The notes under the pieces: model-generated
Told to the model about the DNA's origin: nothing
Database searches by the model: none
Seen by the model: the letters and a program-made list of their open reading frames with translations, nothing else
Position numbers and translations under genes: made by a program
DNA from: Candidatus Cloacimonadota bacterium
Lineage (GTDB): Bacteria > Cloacimonadota > Cloacimonadia > G963667145
DNA: 64,000 nt
Reading direction: 5' to 3'
Assembly: GCA_963667255.1 (NCBI GenBank)
Contig: OY762940.1
Span: 480,001-544,000, forward strand
In this document: piece after piece, positions 35,801 to 44,800 of the stretch
How positions within the stretch are numbered: position 1 is the stretch's first letter
Layout: each line of letters begins with the position of its first letter

Positions 35801-38800
35801 ATACCTATAGAGCAAAATCCTGTTGCCACTTTGGATTCTAGCAGTGCAATCGCCTTGGCTACTAATGGAAGAGCAAAATGGACAGACAATTCCGTTCAAA
35901 AAGGCAAAATCTATTATTACGCAGTGGTGATAAGCAAAAATATTAATGTAGATGGAGATTCCAGCTATGCATTGAACACCAAAGAAGGATTTGATGTGAG
36001 CAGTGCTGTCTATGGATATGTCAATTGTGATTTCAAAACTATTGATTTTGATTTCTGTAAGGATGGAATATCTATTTTTTGGCCTAATAATACGCAAAAC
36101 TTCCCCGTAGGAGTGAGTCCGGAAGCTTATAATTTGAAGAGGAAAGGGGCGAATGAAACTTCTTACGGACAAAAAGAGGTAACAAATTACATAGTGAAGA
36201 CGAGAATAGGCTCTACAATGGATTCCTTGTATATGGTTCAGGATAGCGGAGCTAAGTTCTTCACAGCGTTGCTCTCGGGTAGCAAATACGACTATCAACT
36301 GATAGCGACGAAAAAAAGTAAGATTCCGGGCAATGTCATGACCCTAAAATCCCCTATAATGAGGATGAGTTACGACTACAATTGGAAGTATGACTCTACA
36401 TCTACCAATGCTAATTATAAGGGAACACAAGGTTCATATGATGACAGAGTAGAGTTGAGATTTAACAAGTTTAAACCTTTCAGACCAGTGGGAGACTATG
36501 ACAGCACAGGGATTACTCCGGACACTGCAAGCTATTACAAAATCACTAGATATAAGGGAGGTGAGGCTATATATAATGGTATATTGGACACTCTCTATGT
36601 TTGTGATTTTGCTCCAGAAGTAGACGGAACTACTGGAGACACAATATATGTCTTAACGGATAAAAAGATAGGAAGTAGATTTGGCACCAACTTGTCAGAA
36701 GGAGTTTCTTACTACTATGCAGTGCAAGCGGTTTTGGATTATTCCGGAGAATCAGTATTCCGTTCCGGCATTGTGGATGGAATAGCTTCGAAATGTTTCT
36801 TAAAATTGAAATCCGTGACTTTGAAAAGTGTTAGCTCGTATGTAGTGGATAGTATTATCGTGGGAGCTAAAGTTATTTGGGACCCGGGTGACCAAAAAGG
36901 TGACAAGTATATAATCGGTAGAGATACATCCAGTAACTTCTCTTCCGGTTCGGAAATGGTGGTTCAGAATACGGCTATATGTCAAGATACATTGCCAAAC
37001 GGCGAGATTGTGAAGGGCGATACGATGTTTATCGATTACAATATAGCTAAGAATAATTCTGAGTCGAAAGAGAGTCCTTTTGGTATTCTTAGGATGGGGA
37101 TGACATATTTCTATAGAGTTGCCAAAGAGATGAATGGCAGTGTTTGTAGTGACTGGAGTGCACCTATCAGCTATACATATGGCAAGGATGCCGCAGGCAA
37201 TTATATAATTTCCTCTTGGGTTGATTTCAACGATTTGGCAGAACAATATAATAGCGGGCTTATCACCGGAAATATTAGCGTTATTTTGAATAACAATATT
37301 TCGTTTACCAGCACTGACAGTTTGATACCTCTTGGTAATGCTACGCATCCATTCACAGGGAAGTTCAATGGTAAAGGGAACACTATATCCATAGAGCATA
37401 TGAAGGATAATGTTGATAATGTAGGTGTATTTGGTATGGTCAATGGGGCAACTATTAGGAATATAAAAGTCATCAACAAAGCAATTGTAAGCCCGGCGAA
37501 AGGTGGAGCTAAATATGTTGGTGGTCTCATAGGGCAGATGGACGGGATAACCAATGTTGACAGTATCAATATCCAAGTGCATGGTTCTCTCACTGCCAGT
37601 ATAGGAGTGGGTGGATTGATAGGTGGAGGAGACGGTTCTCTCAATGCTTATTACGATACTGTCGTTGCTACAGCAGATTTGGTTGGAGGTGTTTACGCTG
37701 GAGGTTTGGTTGGTAAAGCTATCAATCCTACGGAAATAGGCTATTGTGATGTGACGGCGACAAACATTACTGGTAGTGGTGGAACAGAAACCTTTGTATA
37801 TGCTGGAGGAATGGTAGGGCAATTCAACGGGAAAATGGTTTCTTCTAAAGTCAGTGGTGCTACTTCCGTAAGTGCTGTTGCCAGTGGCAAGACCTGTTAT
37901 GCCGGTGGTTTGGTAGGATATGAAGTTGTAATCGGTAGCCGATATAATAAGTCAACCGTGGGAACGATTACCAGTGGTGTAGCTGCAGGGAGTAGCAGTA
38001 TTCCTGCTTTAGCAGCATCTGCTGGATATTTGATAGGATATAGTAAGGCTCTCTTAATAGACAGTGTCTCTATGTCCACAGTAATGGGTGTTACTGCAGA
38101 TGCAACCGGAGAGGCTTGTGCCGGTGGTTTGGTAGGTAAGTTTGATAATGTTTCGGGTTCTATAAAGAAAGTGAATCTTACATTGGCAGGAAATATTACG
38201 GCTACCTCTACTACAGGTGATTCTTATACAGGTATGATGGTAGGTAGAGTAGTCAAAATATCAAGCAACAGTATCGGGACGGCGAGTGCAACAAGCACAT
38301 TAGATGGTGACGGTAAAGCTATAAAAGGCGTTGCACCGAGTGGAGTGGCACACATAGGTGGTGTGGTAGGGGGTATCTCTTCTACATCGTTCAAATCACT
38401 TAGTGTAAGCAATATAGTTTTCAATGCTTCAGCTAAAAGGGCTTATGTTGGTGGTGTAGCAGGCAAGGAAGAGGAAATAGGCAGTGTGTATGATAGTATT
38501 GATGTTGCACCTACAGTTGTTTTTGCTGAGAATTTGGCAGGTGCTGATACTTTGTGTGTAGGTGGTTTGGCAGGCTCCAGCAGAATGACATCTCTTGAGA
38601 AAGTGCATGTAAAAGCCAATATGAACTTAGTCACAGGATTCTCGGGACATAGTGTCACTCTCGGTGGATTGTGCGGAGAAGTGAATTATACAGCTTTGGA
38701 GTTAAAAAATATTGATTTGTCTCTTTCAACATTTAAAGCTCAAGTTGGTAAAAACTCCAAAATAGGATCTGTTGCAGGAGAAGCTAATATTGGTAAGACA

Positions 38801-41800
38801 ACAATTGATGAAAATACAATTAAGGATATAAATTTTAGCGGATTTAAAGTAGGGGAAGGTTCGTATGTGGGTGGTCTCTACGGTATAGTTTCCGTTGTGG
38901 CTAGTGCAGTGCTGGATTACAAATCAAGTATAACAATGGTGATAGAGGCAACGAGAGCATCTGAAAAGAGCTATATTGGTGGTTTGTTCGGGAAATATTC
39001 TAGTCCGGTACCTTCTACAGTAATAGATACATTTAGTGATATCTCCATTACACTCACCGGAGGTGGAGCTACAGTAGGTGGATTGGTAGGATGGGGAGAG
39101 AATGCTCAACTTAAAGAATGTAGAGTCAAGACTACTATTAGCGGTGTGCAAAAGAGTGGATTTATCCTTGGTGGTATGGTAGGGAAGATGACGGGAACCA
39201 GTTCTCTTAGAAATTCCTCTGTTCGCAAGATAGTCTTGACTGGAGCAGATAAGGCGGGAGCTCTTGTAGGAGAGATGAGCGTAGATGCTGCGGAAGGTCT
39301 GAAATACAGTTTCAGCTATGATATTAGCACTAACGATGTAGATACACTGGGACTCATGATAGGGGAAATGAGCAGTGGTCAAATAAATGCTTGCTACACG
39401 ATAGGATGCACAGCCGCTAGAGCAGATTCGACAATAGGTAACTTCGTTGGAATGATGAGAGGTGGGACCATATACAACTCCTATTCTGCCAAAGCTAACC
39501 AAGAGAAAATATATGGTAAATATACAGCCGGCGATGTTAGCGGAGCGATAATAGCAGAAAACGAAATCCTGATGGGAGAGAAGATTTTGGGCAAAACTGA
39601 GTGGGCTTTGGACAGCACTTTCTCATATCCTTACCTCGTGGACAACAAATTTGAAGTTCCCGTTAGTGAGATGTGTAATAGCCTCAAGATGGAGATAAAC
39701 AGTCAAGGTTACTACCAAATTACCAAACCGATACAATTGGATGCTATCGGAGATGTCAGGTTGACCACGGGAACAGACTATACCAAAGTCAGCAGTATGT
39801 CTGATGGATTGAATTTGAACAACAAATATATCATAAGCAAAGATTTGGATTTCACTGGATATACTGGATATACCCCTCTAGGATATTATGACAAATCAAT
39901 CGCATTTACTGGAGAAATAAACGGTAATTACAAGAAGATTAAGGGCATCGAAGTATCCACTGGTCTTAGCTCTGCCAGAGGTATATTTAGCTACATAGAT
40001 GGAGGCTCTGTGAGCAAAGTAAGAGTAGTGAATGCCAAAGTTACCGGTAGCAAAAATTCAGGAGTTATTTGCGGTGTATTGAAAAGCGGAACAATTAGCC
40101 AAGTGGTAGTAGACAGCTCCACAGTGGAAAATACAGCCGGTTCAGGAGCTGTATTAGTGGGCTCTATCACAGGTGGCTCAGTGCGAGATGTGCTCACCAG
40201 ATACAATAGTCTCACCAGTTTGACTGATGCCGGAGTAGTGGCAGGTGGCATGACAGGTGGTTCGGTAGCCATGGTATTTAGCTCTGTAGACAGCATAGTT
40301 GCCCAAACAGGCAATGTAGGAGGTCTTGCAGGCACTGTAAGCACAGGAGCAAAGATAGACAGTTGCGTCTCTGTGGCTACATGGCTTGGCGGAAGCTCCA
40401 TATACAAGGTGGCTAAAAAAGACGGCGGGACTCTGAGTGCCAACTACACAACTGCTGAAACCAGATTGGTTACCACCACAGATACTTCATGGATAATAGG
40501 AGTTGACTCGGCAGGAACACATGGGTCTAATGTCTTCTTCAGAGGATTTACAACTTTCTTTGAAGAAAATTATCACGGGTTTAATACGGCCCCATGGAAG
40601 TTTGAAGTCGGAGACAGGAACTGTCCGTATTTGTTGAATTTTGATAATGTTACAACCTTGCAAATGGCAGAGAATGACTTGGAAGGTGCAGCTAAGATAG
40701 GTAATAATGTAATGGAAATTGGTCGTTTGGCAGCTCTTGCTCTGGTGCAGGGATACATAAATCAGGTGGATACTTTCCGCTTAACAGCTAACTTGACCTT
40801 TGGTAGCAATGATGACTATAGCAGTAATTCTGGTAATTTTGATCCTATACCTACGCTTGATAACAAGATCTTTGACGGTGCAGGACATTATATCAAGAAT
40901 ATGTCTATAAATGCCACTGAGTCTCAAGGAGGATTTATTACCAGATTGGACAACAGCACAGTGAAAAACTTAGCTTTGGTAAATTGCACTGTTACAGGTG
41001 GTTCTTCCACTTTATCCATAGGAGGAATAGCTGGAATTATTATTTCGGGCACTATTGAGGATGTATATGTGGGTTCCAGCACTGTGGACGGCTCTAGAGG
41101 TGCTATATATGTTGGAGGTATAGTAGGTCGCTTAAACTCTTCTGCAACAATCCAATACAGCATAGCTCTCGACAATGTGATAAAATCAAAAGATGCAGCA
41201 GGTGGTGTGGCAGGTAGTGTCGCAAATACAGGTATATTAAAGTATTGTGTTTCATCTATGGACTCTGTAGTAACCCCAAACAAGAACTCGAGAAGAATAG
41301 GCACAAATCAGTCCTCCGATATGAGCAATAACTATGCATGGAATGGCAACACTATTAATAGTTCGCAAGATGTTGGTCCGACAGGACTGGAAGGCTCTTC
41401 ATTTGCTTTCTCCAGTATTTGCAAAAGCAGTTTCTACAATAGCTTAACCGCGAGACCTGCATGGATATGGGATTGGACATCAGCTGCTTCAGATACATGG
41501 TGCTGTATGCCAAGATTGAACTACATGTCAGCCACAGAATGCTCTCCTAAGGTAGTGAGATTTGCCGATAATAGTGACGGCTCACTATCCACACCGTTCA
41601 AGATAGAAAAAGTCCAACAATTGGATGCAATACACCTCTTCGCAACGAAAGGCAAATATTTCAAACTAATGAAGAACTTAAACTTTGATACAGAGGGATT
41701 TGACTGTGACGATACTACCGGCAACAGCAATTGGATACCGATAGAGACATTTGTCGGGGACATAGCTGGTAACGGCTACAGTATCTCTGGTATGGACATC

Positions 41801-44800
41801 GTGAGCACTGACGATGCAGGATTTATAGTTAAGACGCTTGCTGGGTCTAATACAACTATCAGAGACTTGAGTTTCTATGATTGTAATGTTACGACTACGG
41901 GTTCCAGCAAAAATGCTGCGGTTGTTATTTGCCAATATGAGAATAGTCAAAATAGCACTTTGAAAAATATTCTTGTAAAGGGGTGTAAGGTAGTGGCTAC
42001 CAATTATGCAGCTCCGGTAGTTGCGTATAATAATGGACCAATTAAGAACAATTATTTGTTCTCCTTCAATAACAAGGTAATCTCCAGTGGCACATATGCC
42101 GGAGGTGTTGTGGGTTATGCATCTACTTTGGGTCTTACGAATAGTGTCGCTATTAACGATACGCTGAAGGCAGTAACCACTATAGGAAGGATTTACGGTG
42201 CTAGCTCTAATGGGACAAAAGCCAATAACTACGGTTTCAGAAGAACATATTATAAGGTTGGGACTGCTAATCCTACCCAAAGACTGAACTCGGGTATTGC
42301 ATCGGATATAGACGGAACGCCGACCTCTATGCTCGCCTTCAATAAGGGATTCTATACAGAGAAGCTGGGTCTCTCTTACGGAGAAGACTGGAAATGGCCA
42401 TCCGCCGAAAAAGCAGCACACCCTGTAGGACTGAATGTAACTCCGGAAATTGACTCTGGTATAATAGACTGGGCACCTTATGGCATTACCACTGATCCAA
42501 GGACATTTGCCAGTGGAGATGGGACAAAGTCAGCTCCGTTCTTCGTCATGACCGAAACAGACTTGAAAAATATGCAATACGGTGTTGAGCTGTTCTACAA
42601 ATTGGGAGCAAATATCACTCTATCTGCGACTCCTTGGACACCTATAGGTATAGATTCCTTGCCATTCCAAGGCTCGTTTGACGGTCAATATCATTCTATC
42701 AGCGGCATGATACAGTCGGCAACAAGCACCTTAGGTGCAACAGGATTGTTTGGGCGTATCAAAGCTAAAGACCAAGGATGCGAGATTAAGAATCTAGCGA
42801 TTTGCAACAGCACAATTAACGGGGCAACCTATGTAGGAGTTTTGGGTGGATATGATGAAACAGAGCAAATCCGCAAATATAAATACTCAAATATCTTGTC
42901 TCACAATAATAAAGTCTCTGGAACGAACTATGTTGCAGGGTTGATAGGCAAATCAGACTATGGCAATTTGAGTAGAATCTTTGTAGCCGGTGGCTCGGTA
43001 GTAGCCAGCTCAGGGAATGCTGGAGGTATACTCGCCAGCACTAACGGCTCTACCATCGATAGTTCTGTAGTGATAGTGGACTCCATAGTCAGCAAGACTA
43101 CCACGGCTGGTAGGATAATAGGTAGTAGCAGTGGTGCGACAATCAACAACTGCTACGGTTGGTATTTCACCAATGTGAAAAGTAATAATAGTCTCTATGA
43201 CCCGATGAATAGTCTGCTGGCTAGAGACGGTAAAAATGCTTTCTTGTCCGACTTTGTCTCTACTGCTTGGTGGATAAATCGCGGGTTCGATTTGACCTCG
43301 GGAAATGTTTGGAAATACGGAACAGACCGCTTGATCAAAATGAAAGTGGGTCCAGCTTTCGTCCATATGACAAGCGACACTATCTCCACCGCAAGAGTCA
43401 ATTTGCCGGTAAATAGTAGCGGATACAAGATAGTCAGTGAGCCATACAACTTGAATGTAATAAGAACTTATCCGAGCTTCAACTACACATTCCTCAATGG
43501 CACTACGGATACAGCAGTATTGGATATGAGCGATACCACTAAATGGTATAAAGACCTCAACGGTTCCGTCGCAGGCAACTGGACACCGATAGATACATTC
43601 AGCATGGAGATAGAGGGTGGATACGGTGCTATCATCGGACTGAGAGTGCCGGCTACCTCTACCAAGCAAGGATTTATCGCTACGCTCAAAGGTGGAAAGG
43701 TGAGGAACCTCGGTATTTACAAATCTACCTTCACCGGTAACTCCAGCACGACCGTCCAAGGAGCTTTGGCAGGTGAAATCACCGGCTCTGCTACCCTGCA
43801 AAACATCTTCATCAATGGGAATACATTCAACGGTGCAACTAATGCCAGCGTGGGAGGTGTAGCCGGAACGGTAGCATCCGGAGCAAATATCAACACTATT
43901 GTAGCAACTAAGAACCATATATACGCAGCAAGCAAAGCAGGTGGTGTCTTCGGAACAAATGCTGCCACAGGTATTACCAAAGTTGCAGGTTTGGGCAACA
44001 AAGTGTTTGTCACTAATAGCAAACCGATTGTCTATGAGAATACAGGAGGGAGCTTCACAAAGACTTATACCGACACAGGCTCTACAGTGTTGGGAGCAGA
44101 GCCTAATAGTGATTATGTAAGACCTACTACCACTTGTCCTTCAGGAGCTAAGATAATCATTACTATGCACTATCTGGAGAACTCTACATTCTGGACTCAT
44201 AGCGACAGCATGAATATAACCTTGGATGACAAAGCAATCAGAAATGTATCGGAGAGACACTATCCGACTTTGATGCAGGTATCTCTGGATATCGACGACG
44301 GATTCCTTATTCCGTTTATGGGCAAAGGGACTATGGCAGATCCTTACACGGTATTCAACTCGATTACACTCAAGTATGTAGGTCATAAGAAGTTTGTTGG
44401 AAAAGGACATTATTTCCGTCAAACAGCTAACATAGATATGAGCAAAACAGATAACTTCTGGCCAATCGGACTTAAAGATGCTAACAACAGTTTTAACAAA
44501 GAAGTAGACGGATTTGCAGGAGTGTATGATGGAGACGGCTATACGATATACGGCTTACACAACGCTATCGGTTCTCAGACACAAAGCTATTGTGGACTGT
44601 TCGAAAAGACTCAAGGTAGTGGATTAGCTGAAATACCAAGCGGAGACATAGACACTCTCAAGAACATAGTTTTGGATTCTGCGACTATTGTAGCTAAAAG
44701 TTGTGCAGGAGGTATTCTCGGTTGGGGTAAAGATAATGTCTCGGTCCACGATTGTAAAGTCAACAACTCATCCATCATTTCTACTTCAGGTATTGCAGGT